A stretch of 64,000 nucleotides of DNA from Fimbriosthenelais zetlandica (Eukaryota): NCBI GenBank assembly GCA_977030845.1, contig OZ365112.1, positions 24,800,001 through 24,864,000 of the forward strand, given 5' to 3'. Positions 50,101 to 62,474 of the stretch are shown in pieces; positions within the stretch are counted from its first letter, which is position 1, and the number at the start of each line of letters is the position of its first letter. The translations under genes and the position numbers were made by a program. The notes below the pieces were generated by a model, which was not told the origin of the DNA, made no database searches, and saw only the letters and a program-made list of their open reading frames with translations.

Positions 50101-53100
50101 AAAACTAAAGGTCATGAAAATATATGTCAATCAGTGTGGATAACACGGACAGGTAAGCCTGAGGCAAAAATCTAAATGTAGCCCAAATGCAACCCATTTA
50201 TTGAAGGCCATAAAATCAACACATTCAGTATTTGACCTATACCTGGCCCTGGCAGTCAGTGTTTAGTGACCTAGGGGCAGGACGGCCTTGACGGCATTGG
50301 TTATGCACGATAACGCAAGCATGTGAGTGACCCCAATGTGTATGATGTCAATATGGCGAGCCTATGTCTTAAGGTGCCCACACACTGATCTGATTCTCTA
50401 TCTTGCTCTATCCCATAGCTTTCCGATATTATATTTCTGTTCACAACCATTGCTCGTAATTTTAACAGTCCCTAACACCTAGGTAAGGGACACAACTGAT
50501 ACAATCGTAATCATTGGATGTCATTAGAAATGGTGGATCGAATGGCGACGGATTTAATTGGAGAATCGGATTAGTGTGTGGGCACCATTATGGGTTTGGG
50601 TACGTTTCATTACTGAAGAATGCAAACCTTAAGTGAGGTATGTTATCCAACGATCGTTAATATGAGATGTCCTGGTGCAAGATGGTATTACGAGAAGAAA
50701 GCTAAACAGATCCTGTCACGCAAGAACACCAACAGACATTAAGTGTTTACTTGGGTTTATGGGTTCCCACCATTTTATTAAATTTTCATTTAGAATATTT
50801 TGACACAACTAGGTTGAATGTATCCCAAGGCTTTTCCTTGTGTAAGTATGAATAAATTCATGGCCCGGAAATTTGTAGGAGCTTAGAGGTAGAAACAAAT
50901 CTCAAAAAGAGAGGGAAGTCTACTGAGGGAGTACAACTTATTCATGGAAATAAATGCCTTCAACATGCTGCGGAAGAATTCAATATCATCATGAATTTGA
51001 AACTATGCATAATTGGCCTGGCAGTTGGCAGGCATCATTATATTACCATTGCCTTTGGTGACAGAGGTTTAAAACAGAGGTAAGTGACCTTCAGGCAGCA
51101 GGTCTGGGTCATCTCTGAACTGACCCTTGTAACTGACCAGTGAGTGACCACACGTTAGATGATGGCGACATGATGCTACTGGCCATTAAAGACGTGTCCC
51201 TCCATGGATGGTGGCAGAACCCATGAACCACATGTTTTCACAAAAAGGCTACATTACAAATGATTTGTGGGTGTGTGGCCAAGTGGATAGGCCAAGGTAA
51301 CTAACAGTTGCTTCTATAGTACTCTGAACCTACTCTTGTTGAAGTACGCCTTTCGATAAGTTGTACAAAATGTGGCATCATTCGCAGCTTCAAAGAAGTA
51401 TACTTCAATCTTCATAGAATCCAACCATTGCTTTTAAACTAAAACTTTAAAAACTGCTAAATACAAATATCAGAAACATTACATTTTCTTTTCGCCTTAA
51501 CTTGGGTGGTATACAGGCGATTATGGCGTCAATCACTGGAGACCTCCAGGGACTTATAAATGATGTTAGGGACGATAATCACTATGGCTTTAGATGATAT
51601 TATTTTTATGATAATCATACATCATATATAATATTTATGGCCATTTTGATATTTGAGTATATAAATAAATGGACATGGCGATGCCGACCAACCAGCAATG
51701 ATAGCTTGTAATTAGCGCAATTAAAAACAAGGTGTCATATTGAAGGAGTTCTCTATCACGAAATGTGTGTAATTAGGAGTGTTTCACTCGTTATTGTCAA
51801 ACAGAAATGGCGACACTTCAAAATAGCGACTTTCAAACGATGACAGGCGACGCAGACATCTTCACTAGAGAAAGGAAAGTGTATGCCGTTAAAATGTCAA
51901 GATAATTTCGCGTCTTATCATCTGTGATAAATCCATATATCACCAGAGTTTTATTGAATTAATGTGGGGCCTTGGAAGCCAGCTCCGTTTTCTTCAGAAG
52001 CACCGCGCCCCGAGCTGTTCCGAGGAGTAACTCAAAGAGAAAGGAGAAGGGGGCAGTGGGTCTAGTTATCACCTCGGCTTATCGTAAAGCCAGTGGGGCC
52101 TCATCAATGTCATCTCCTAACACTGATTATTCCCACAGACATCCCTGATTGGGACCACTTGTCACAGAGAGAAAGGCTTCTGTTCATTTCAACATGAGAA
52201 AACCTATAGAAAAATGAACTTTTTCCGTTTAACTATACGAAAATCAAAGGAGTACAATGCGCAAAGTTTTGTGACACACAATTTGTCTTCATGAATTTCC
52301 TTATCATCTACATATTCCTAAATCATTTAAAAAAATCTTTCCATGCGAGGGAATGTTTCTTCATCATGAAGGAACATTAAGATTATGTCATGCTAGAGGA
52401 ATTCCAAACCCCAATAGGAACAGATGCAAATCACACATATCCTGTTAGACTCATGAACGGGGCGAGCTTCCTCTTGCACCGAAAAGAAGTGCACTTACTT
52501 CTTCTACACCCCGACCAAGCATCTAAACACATGTAGAAGAGTATGAACACTTGAATAATTGCCCTCGGTTGAGCCATGGCAATAAAAGGGAATAATGTCC
52601 GGACCAGTCAAAACAGTGGTCAGAACATGTCAGAGAAGGGTCAGGGGGTACAGGCGAAGGTAGGGTAGTAACAAGAAGTGCACTGGGGGCTTCCATCCAT
52701 CTCCAATCATTCGCTAGGTAAAACAACAATTGTTGAGTGGACCACTGACCATATTTACTCCCGATGTTGGCCATGATAGCACGCTCTGGCGACTATGCAT
52801 TACACACAGCATTGGATTTCACTTTTTCCCAGCCTTGCAACTTTATTCACTGGACACAGAACCGCTACACAATGATTCCTTATATTGGCACTGTTCAGAG
52901 ATGCCAATGTCCAGTAAAAAGCCAACGTATTGAGGGAAGGTAATGGGTCAGAAGATACAAAAACTCAGTAGTATCAATGGGGAACAAACCCTGGTTTAGG
53001 TGTAAAACGCAACTGTACTTATACGGGAAGTATTATAAGTACTGGTACTATATCTTTACAGGCATATATTGTTTAAAGTGTTAACAGTAATTATACTTAA

Positions 53101-53601
53101 TTCATCGTCATGTTGCTCAAGCCCATGCTCTGCTACAATGCATCGTAACTGCTCCCTGAACGAGGGAATTACTTCCTAATCATTCGAGGAGTGAGATTAA
53201 AATTGAATCCAATCTTATGCAACACGAGTTGAATTTAATCTTTAAGCCAATACTTGAGCGATATTAGATGCGGTAACTAGTCTGGTAAGTACATCATGGA
53301 TTCACTCAGTGACATAATTCATAGTCATTAATCTACTCCAATCAGTTGGTGGGCAAATAAAGCTACTATCACATCACTGTAATTACATTACAACAGCCAT
53401 ACAACATTCTCATGCTGAGAAATAAAAAATTCTACTTTCAATTATGAAATGGTCACTTTTCTAGTGTAGCGGACTGCAATATTCAATGATACGTGCGGAT
53501 AATACACGAGAGATTAGCATTTACATATCATGCATAATCCATCATTTAATCTTGTCTCACATGACTAGGCTTGTTCTAATTTGATGTAAAGACTGATCCA
53601 T

Positions 53602-55857
53602 TTACGTAAGGGCATATTAAGCGCCGGCGTATTATGAGGTCAAGCGCCGGCGTATACTATGTCAATAGATTCGACTCTAAACATTTCACTCTGCAATTTT
53701 CAAGTCATTGTTGCGTGGCGGATCCATCCCCTTTAATTTCTTCGGATTTCTCTAATCTAATCTAATATAATTTAAAGAACGTAGTTTAGCGTTATTTGCT
53801 TAGCCTTCGTTTACTCCGCCTATACTCCTATTATTTTTTATATTGGGGTAATTCGGAATAGTTTTTGCATGATGACACGTAAGAGATATCACCTATTATT
53901 CTGCTTTACATACAGACATGAAGATGAAGCCAATGATCCTGACTTGGTCACCATAGTTACGCTTAGCTGCCATCTAATCAGGTCCCTCAAAGGTGGAACA
54001 ACTCTTACGTAACCTGGACAGCTCTAAACTAGACCGATACTTCCTCCTCCTTTATTCTCGTCCTTTAAGACCGTAAAGTTCAGTTAAAGCTTCCTTAGAA
54101 TGCTGTAATCTTGCCATAACTAATTCCATTGCTAAATTTTAAATTTGCGATAAATTAAATACACGCATATCTGATGCAAGACAGAAACTAGCTCTTTATC
54201 TTAGTACGCCCACGTTTATTGAAATAAAAGTAGACCCAACAGAAACGTCATTGTTTTTGTTAGATATACCTGTATCCATTAAGAATTTAGATATCATTAC
54301 TTTTAAAAGCTTTGGGAGGGATATGTCATGTGTAAGGACAACTAACCCACTTAGACGACAGGAGAGAATCCACATTTAGCCGTTGGTTTTAAAAGCGACC
54401 AGTGAATGCACCTGCAGCTCAGTTCGCCTACACAGATTGACCAGTGGCCACGTAACCTGTCCGACCATGGTGAGAGTTGAGAGTGACCACCAGAGTGGAT
54501 TCATCTACACTGGACAACAGGACAATCAAGTGGACAATATGGTTAGACAGTGAGTTACGAAGACCACGTAGAGGCTTACGTAAGGTCACTAAACATTATT
54601 GCAAGACCCCCTGGCGACCTTGTCTAGGGTACAGTATGGGAAATGTCTGGCGTTACATCATGGAGCAGATAATAGATTGGTCAATGCTTTGATATATTAG
54701 GGCTTAAGGGACGAGATGAGAATCTATAAGTGACCGCTAGAATATCCACCCAGACACATAGATGACTATAAAGGGACCTCCCTAAAAGTGATTTGCAAAT
54801 TAGCAGGTGTTTTAAATGCATATTAGGTCACAAATGGTCCAATGGGGATTAGAATCTTTAGCTCCTCGTCAAATGTTCTAAAAGTATCTTCTCCTTTTCA
54901 AGTCGTATTTCAATTGAATTCAAATCCAACTTTCATTGCTACGAGACTGAATTAATCATGTTTAAAATCAAATTTAAAAGTCCTTTTGACGGATTTCAAT
55001 TTTCCTCGCATATTTGCCCATTCCATCCTTCATCGCTACCCCCCAACATGGTGAACGTGGCACGGGTCGCCCGGGTGACTACACCCCGTTACCAAGGACC
55101 TGACCCCCGGCCCCCCGACACCCCACCACCACGCCCGGGGGTCACAGCCCTCACCCCACTCCACCACCAACATCACCTTCACTCCCTCTTCACTGATTGA
55201 GATATGTAGGGGTAAAAACCTTAACATTTGACACCTTAGGCTCTCTGATATCACCCGGAAAATAATGATTGCAGCAAGTCGACAGTCAAGGAGGGGCAAG
55301 AGGCTATAGGGAGGGGTAGGGTGAAGTGGGGGCATAGGGCAGGGGGTAAAAGTGAGGAGCCAAAGGATTACATAGATATATAGCCGTAAATATGATAATT
55401 GGCGTCACGTCTAAAATCCCATCAGAAAAACCTTTACAGGCAAAACGAATACATTCCCATAACTTTGAGGAGATGTGTATTGGAGGCCTGGACGTTCAGT
55501 TGAATGATATCCAAGAGGCTAAACATACAGTCCTCAATATTTCAATTCATCCAAAGTTCATCCCAAATTTCAATCGTTTTTAATCTAAGGCTCAGCTCAT
55601 TTCATGAGATAACATGATGACGTTAAGGTTATGCATGACCATACAAAGTCTGCGTAACAGTTACATAATCCAGAGCCTGCATTAAAGGACAAATTACCTA
55701 AACTACTTTCACAAAAGGGACGCGAGTTATAATATCTCAAATTGACAAAAAAGATTCGTTTTCAGAAAGCTTAAGGAAGGCTAGTTAAAGGCTTATTAAA
55801 CCTTACTTTGCCACCAAGTTGTAAAAATCAATTCAGAGATGAACTTATTTGCGTAAT
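53602..55857. promoter_or_regulatory. Cluster of PAR-bZIP/D-box sites in the bZIP gene's intron
   Basis: TTACGTAA at 53602, 54005 and 54576; GTTACATAAT at 55660; TTGCGTAAT at 55849; GTTACATCA at 54652. The established PAR/E4BP4 consensus is RTTAYGTAAY. Confidence 0.6.
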
Positions 55858-56512
55858 GCCTTTCAGACCTTAGTAGACATTTTTGAGGGGCACAAAGAGT
55901 CGGGACTGAATTGTCAATATGATTTCACAAAAAGTGGTTCAGGACTAATGAAATCTCACAAAATTGTCCTTAAGTCCTTAAGTGAATCCATGAAGACAGT
56001 TTAGAAGGAGGGGACATAGTAAGGGGCTCCCCAAAAGACCTGCATCTAACTTCCAAGACAAATCTAATGTACATGTCCATATATATATGCGCGAAGATGC
56101 GCGACGCGACGCGCTTATACTAGCCAGTGACGCGGCATGGCGGATGGACCGCGAAATTAGAACCATTCCCATTTGTCAGGTTCACTCAGATATATGCATA
56201 TTCATGAGGAAAAATGACCACATGACTGGGAGAGTAAAGCCCCCATACAAACCCCGTTCTAAACCTGACTTTTAAATGAAAGGAATTGCTATTGAAAATT
56301 CCTAATATGACATTCAAAAGTTAATAATTCTAGAGTAAGACAGTCCTGTATTAACTAAAGTTCTATCAACCTTTACAGAATTCTATACATTGATAATAAA
56401 AAAATAAGTTATTTTCTCATGAAAACACTTTTTGTTTGCCGGGAATGGGGACTTTTGGGGAATAGAGCAATTAAGCGTCAGCTTTAATGGAATTTTGAGA
56501 ATAAATACATAC

Positions 56513-56825
56513 CCCACATGGCATACATGGACATAGCGTCTGCTTGGGGAACTCCCATCATCATGTTAATGGCTGACAATCCTCCCGGTGTCAGACCTGG
56601 AAACTGAGCTTGGTTGTTGGGTGTGATTCCTCCTATCTCACCGGGCGAGGAGGCGAGGCCGGCCATGGGCGAGCCGAGCGCCGCCGACGATGGAGTGGGT
56701 ACGGTGACGGACACACTGGAGGGCATGGTGGGGCTGAGGTCGGCGGCTACTGCTCGCATAGCGCTGGCCGCATGCGCCAAGGAGCCGGGAGTCGTTCTCG
56801 GGTGAGGGCTCGGCGATTCCATCAT
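56513..56825 (-). CDS. N-terminal coding exon of the PAR-bZIP factor (Ser/Pro/Ala/Met-rich)
   Basis: ATG at 56825, GC-rich coding-like composition, donor TGGG|GTATGT (phase 1). G+GT = Gly joins in frame to 20569, giving a 204-aa protein (...MSMYAMWG|PSSAVAHAIALTQQSQRRPRSEKK...). No better internal exon was found in between. Confidence 0.75.
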
Positions 56826-57815
56826 TGATCCAATGGTGAAGCTGTCTAGTGGACAGCGTCCACTATACCGGAGATAGAGAGAGATGCAGGAGGAAGGGTG
56901 GCTGGAGGAGGGCGCAGCAGCAGTGGATGGACAGCAGAAAGCAAAGCTTGGACACTACTGGATCACTATAGTGGTCAGTGTCAATGATGAAAATCTGAGA
57001 TGGTCACTTAATAGTGGAAGGTCAATGTATTGTTTATCCAGATATTTCCTCAATCGCAGTATATTTGCCTCCTTGTTTTACTTGTTAGTAATTTGTCTGT
57101 CCTGTCTTCTATTGCTTTCTTATTCAATATGATGAGATCCTTTGATTTTCCTTGAAATATGTGTTAATGATGAGTGAACTGTTATTTTTATCTTGGAGTT
57201 GGAATCATCAGGAATGTTTTTCCTCTGTCAGCAGTTTTTTCTTCACAAACCCGTGTGTCCTAGAAATAGGAGAATGAGGTCAATAAATTGTCTTCCATTA
57301 AGCTAATCACTATAATGGACCTTTTACATAAGATCTTTTTCGACTGAATTTGGTCCAAACTAATTGTGGACAATCTTTTTTTCCTTTGGAAATACATCGA
57401 CATACCAAAATCAATTGATCGATCTAAATTACAAAATTAATGGCATATGAGTCATTAAAGCTGTCAAATAAAATAATTCAATTCCTTCCTGAAGTAAAAC
57501 TGGGTTTAAATTGAGGTTTTACTTACTTTTTATCTCTGATTCCTAGTTATCTTTAGTGGGGGTATCTGACCAGCTCCGTCCCACACTGACTCATACTCCG
57601 CGCCCTAGAGGTCACTTGTGGTTCCTCCTCGTGTCTCCACTCACTGGAGCAAATCCCATGAAATTCCTTTGTTGAAAAATCCAGGGAAAAGTCCCACAAA
57701 TTCTTCTAAAGATTCCTTTTCCTTGACTCAGTCGCTTTCCACTTTCTTCAAAGCAATGTAAGTGCGACGGTCAGTTTGGCTGGTCAACCTCCAAGAGCTG
57801 TTTCGTTGGAACTGC
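56826..57815 (-). other. 5' leader of the bZIP gene: non-coding exon ~57815-57527, 267-nt intron, UTR part 57259-56826
   Basis: Donor AAAAA|GTAAGT at 57527/57526 and acceptor ctcattctcctatttctag| at 57260/57259. Only one ATG in the 434-nt exon-2 UTR. The TSS position is a guess from an Inr-like GCAGTT near 57813. Confidence 0.55.
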
Positions 57816-58330
57816 AGTTGATAGCGTCACTTGGCGCAACGATGGTCAATCTTGATTTTTAAAGGAAATAAATAAATTTAAGCACCAAAAGTGAATGAAG
57901 CTCCGAGGTAGTTTTTTACATCCTGTGGGATGTGTGGTGTCTGTGAGTATCAAGTCCAAGATGACCCTTACTTATGAAGGGGGAGAGAGAGCGTTATCAG
58001 AAGTGAGCAGTACCTCTGACGGTGTTATGGACACTGATGCATATTGGCTTGGTCACTCCATAACCATTGTCCATCCCATGGTCAAGCCTAGGTGATGAGG
58101 ATGCAGCAGCAGGAGGAGGTGAAGGAAGGGGCCCAATACCATGTCTTGTAGAAATGAAGCTCAGGTCTTTAAATGCCAGTGGTTAAAGCATCTATGTAAG
58201 AAAGTCTTACAAGAGTGTGTGTATATGAGAGGGTAAGAAGGTGTGGGCACTCGGTCTGACTCAAGTGATGGTCATGCACGTGTGTGTGTGATTACCACTG
58301 GATACACACGGCCTATGTAAGCCCGTCCAC

Positions 58331-58388
58331 CAGCTGCTGCTAGCAGATGACCACAGCAGGTGGAGAGCAGCAATGCTTTCAGCAGATG
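58331..58388. promoter_or_regulatory. Cluster of four bHLH E-boxes upstream of the bZIP gene
   Basis: CAGCTG at 58331, CAGATG at 58344, CAGGTG at 58357, CAGATG at 58383. Confidence 0.45.
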
Positions 58389-61300
58389 GTCACTATAGCA
58401 GTGTTTAGGAGGCTGCTTCAACTGTCCGAAGCCCTATGGTCAGGCTCCCTCCTTTCCTCCACCACCCCAACACTCTACCTGGCTATCAATGAAGCTCCAT
58501 CTCTTTCTCCAAACCCTTATCTTTCCTTCTCTCCAAGTCAATAGAAATAGCTAGTAATCCGTTCTCACCCCATATCCTCTTATGATGCAGAAAAATCCAT
58601 TTGATGATGAAGAGGGAGAGTTGAGGGAAGGAGAGGGGGAGAGAGGGAGGTGTAGAAAGTGTGAGTGAGTGCAGGCAGTGGATGGTTGGGCAGTGATCGG
58701 TGTCAGTACATGGTGTCAGTGGGTACAGTTGGGGGTCACCTCGTCACATTAACCTACTGACAGTAGACCACAACACTCCTCTCAATAATAGAGGTATAGG
58801 ATCCAAGGTTCACTCCACAAAGTACACTCTAGACCAGCAAGTCTGGCCCACTTGTCGCAGTAGCAATGACCATTCTCTCGCACTCTCTACAATGCAAATA
58901 ATTCCCCTGAAATTCCCGGATCAAGAAGAAGTATATTGAATCCCAACTTCCTCTGTGGTTTGATCTTGATTGTGTTGAAGGTTGGGAGATGAGGGATGGA
59001 TGGAAGGAGGGGAGAATGTCCGAAGCAGCACTGACCAGTGTGACATGACATCACCTATAAACTGACCACTGCATTCCCTGAAATCACAACCATATCAACA
59101 CCCCAATCTATAAAGCGAATCTCCTTATTATAATCCACAGATTGCCTCCTATACCAGCTTCCCTGTTTCCTCCAATTTTTCAATATTTTTTATTATATAA
59201 TGGCCCACCAGATCCGTGTCATTTAGTTGAGTAATAGCTGAGCATTGGCTGATCGGCGCCCACCTGGACGCACAGAGAATGGATGATGTAAACACAACAC
59301 ACACCATTCCTCCAGTAGGACCCACAACCACGGCTACACTTCCTCATTCACCTCCTCTCTCCTTCCTCCAGGGTCCAATAAACGCTATACAATAAACTCT
59401 GTGAATATCCGAATCCTAGGCTCCTTGTGATAGGGATGAAAAGCAGGGCCAAGATGGACGCAGCAATGGAGAAACGAAAGATAGAGAAGGAGAGTATGTG
59501 GTAGATGTTGGCTAGTTGGTCAATAATGCGGTAATGGCGGATAACTGTGTAGTGTGGTCTTCACTCCGGACTAAGGTCCACTATTTTTGTTCTCAATAGC
59601 CGGTCGCTGTGACCAGTGCTGAGAAATATACACTTTGCCTATAGGTTCAGTGGTCACCACAGTTCTGGAAGCGTTCAAAAACTTCCCAATCGTATAGCAG
59701 TTAGATGTGTAATTTTATGTAATGAAATACCAATCAGTAGACTCCAATCCATATACTCTTAACCTTATACATATTCAGTATTCAACATTATTGTAATTTA
59801 ATACTGTCTCTTAAAGATGGATTCCGACGGTTAATGGTTATCTTAATTCTCCTCTTAAAGTGTGAAAATCGCGACGCAAATTTCACACGTTTTGAAAATG
59901 CATAGCAAGGTAGCTTTCGAAGAAACAGCTGGTATATATGTAAGCGCAAGTGATTGGAAAATCCAACCAAGGTTATAAAGGGAAATTATCCAGAAATAGT
60001 CATGTGTAGGGAGAGGTGTGTGATGTGTTATGTAGGTTGTGTGTATGCATGTGTCAACGTCCTGGTACACTATAGGAAGTTGTGGTCAGAGCGTCGTAAT
60101 CAGCGGTAAGAGGTCGTCACCACTGACAGACATTTGGTTGCGATTATAATCGGTAAGGCACGGTACTTGGTGCGTTATTACCAAAGTTGTCGGCACAGGA
60201 TATGCGCCATAAAAAGTTACGGCGATTTGCGCAAGCGATGCTTTCCTTTACAAGATTGGAAATGGACCTCAGATTTCACGAATCACATATCTGGGAAGGG
60301 ATTTCAACCGTTAAAAGGCGTCGAATTGCGCGTCAATTCTTTTCCTGTGTGACGCCAGGCGGATGGTTTCAGAAAGAAGCGCATTACTTTAGGTTAAAGT
60401 AAGAAGTTTGGGAAGGATGCATAATAGTGAAAGTGGCCAGGTGGATTATGCAACACACTCCGTAGAGCGCGGGAATTCGTAATAAATTAAGCAACTGAAC
60501 AAATCCTCTTTGAACAAGTGGGTGTTCCGTCGCGCAATGGTCATAACACGTTGTAATTTATGGCGCCTGTTCCATAAGTAAGATATGCAACATTAGTCAA
60601 ACGGTAGATGGACTATTCTTCAGAGAAGAACACTTGGTCGATCCAATAGTAACAGGCATAGTTTCTGGGCTTCAACCAAATATTAATTGGTCAAATTTAG
60701 ATTGTCATCATTGGACTAGAGAAAGGTGAATTTGCCGCAGGGCATGACACGTTCATGTTGTATCGTCGGTGAATTAGTCGTAACTTTATCATAATCACGG
60801 CATCAATATGTCATTTCATTTCCCCTTCATACCCATGTATCAGTGTTTAAAATGTATTTAAACAAACTTGTACAACAATTATACTTGAAAAACTGCAATT
60901 TAATGCTTTAGATATGTCCTTATCCTTTCTGTCATTTCAAATATTACGGGGTCAGGATAAATTTGAGAATCGATCTTAATATAAATTTTGGCAGGGGACA
61001 CAACTCTAGAGTTCTCAATATGGTTTAAACTGTGTTGGGACTAAGGATGATACTTGGCCTCATGATCTAATACCTGGGAAAGATGCATAATTTAAAGGGT
61101 ACTGGGATAGCAAACAAATGATGACAACTTTACAAACGGAAGACGCTGCCACGTTTGACAGGGTGTGTATAGAGAAGAATCACAGCGTGCATCACATTGC
61201 ATTTTATGTGGTAAGTGGTGGATGGACTTTGTATTGGCTGTCGTCCATTACCCGACCTAGCCTGGAGTATAGACTGGACGGTTATAGATAGACAAGCCTT

Positions 61301-62239
61301 TGGTAAATAGCACTGTACACATGGGATCGGGGGGGATTTAGCAAACTAGACTCTAATGTACATAGTGAAGACTAGCGCTCATCCGGCTCTAGAGTGGTCA
61401 GTGCCAGTGGTCAGTCTGGGGATTGTTTGGTCAGTTACCTAACCTCGGCGCTAGGTGTAGAGGTGGTGGTGGTATGGTCAGTTTACTGCCTGGTCAGCCT
61501 TATCTGATGGGTATATACCTGTGGAGATGGGGGTCAGATGGACATTATGAGGTGTGTTTAGGGTACAAGTGGGTGGGAGGGCGAGAGAGAAAGGGGTGGG
61601 GGATGGGGAGAAAGAGGTGGAGAATGGGAGGAGTTCGGGGTTGCTTAACTTAGGTAAGGTGTTATACATCGAGGTATAACCTACCAAAAAGAAAATAAAC
61701 TTTACTCTAAGAACGTGTACCGAGATTCAAAATTCCAGTGATATAAAGTGAACTCGCAAGTTTCTATTTTTGCTTCATCGTAAAACTATTGCCCGCCATC
61801 AGTTAATCTGTTATGTAGACCTATGGGAATATGCAAGAAATAGTCTCCATCAGTAAACTTAAGGTTGTATAAGCTGAGAGGACAGAGATGTCCGATTGCT
61901 GCGACCTTTAAGAGTGTTATGGCGCGTTTCATAAGAACACCTGGTATGACAAACTCGATTATAACACCGATTTAAATGCCCTGTGATCTTGGCTAAGAGT
62001 TCACGTAATATACCCCCAACATACGGAAACATTATACTGTGTTCATTGTTCAACACTTTTGTTGCATAATTTAGAATCACTTAATTGTGTTTCGGTTCAT
62101 TCTGGTTGGGAAAATTCAAGGAGTCAGTACTGTGTATAGTGGTCACTATATTCCTAAACGGTCTCATCAGTGTGGGTCAACACACTGGTCAGCAACCTGA
62201 GGTCCCCCCTCTACATCCTCTAGCTTGCATCCTCTTCCT

Positions 62240-62268
62240 ATTACCATAGCGACCGTTGCTATGGCAAT
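62240..62268. promoter_or_regulatory. Paired RFX X-boxes
   Basis: ATTACCATAGCGAC (62240-53) and GTTGCTATGGCAAT (62255-68) both fit the relaxed X-box consensus RTHNYYWTRRNRAC, in inverted orientation. Confidence 0.45.
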
Positions 62269-62392
62269 GAGGTCTTGTGATCGTAGAGTTGGTGGGGGTC
62301 TCAGGGTGTTAATCTAGAGTACCGTGGATGGACCTCCAAGGGTCAGCTGAATTAGATATGGAGGATAGGAAACCGTCCAGATGGAGAATAGC

Positions 62393-62403
62393 AGAGAGAG
62401 AGA

Positions 62404-62444
<41 letters not shown>

Positions 62445-62474
62445 AGGGGGGGGGGGGGAGGGAGAGAGAGAGAG
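62393..62474 (+). repeat. (GA)n microsatellite with an embedded G13 run
   Basis: Direct reading: uninterrupted purine tract. Confidence 0.95.

Noticed and set aside
56610-57132. Plus-strand ORFs opposite the N-terminal bZIP exon
   Set aside because: Antisense shadows of a GC-rich coding exon and its UTR.
6321-58282. CACGTG (CLOCK/Myc-type) E-boxes
   Set aside because: About 8-9 scattered copies, roughly the chance expectation, with no clustering.
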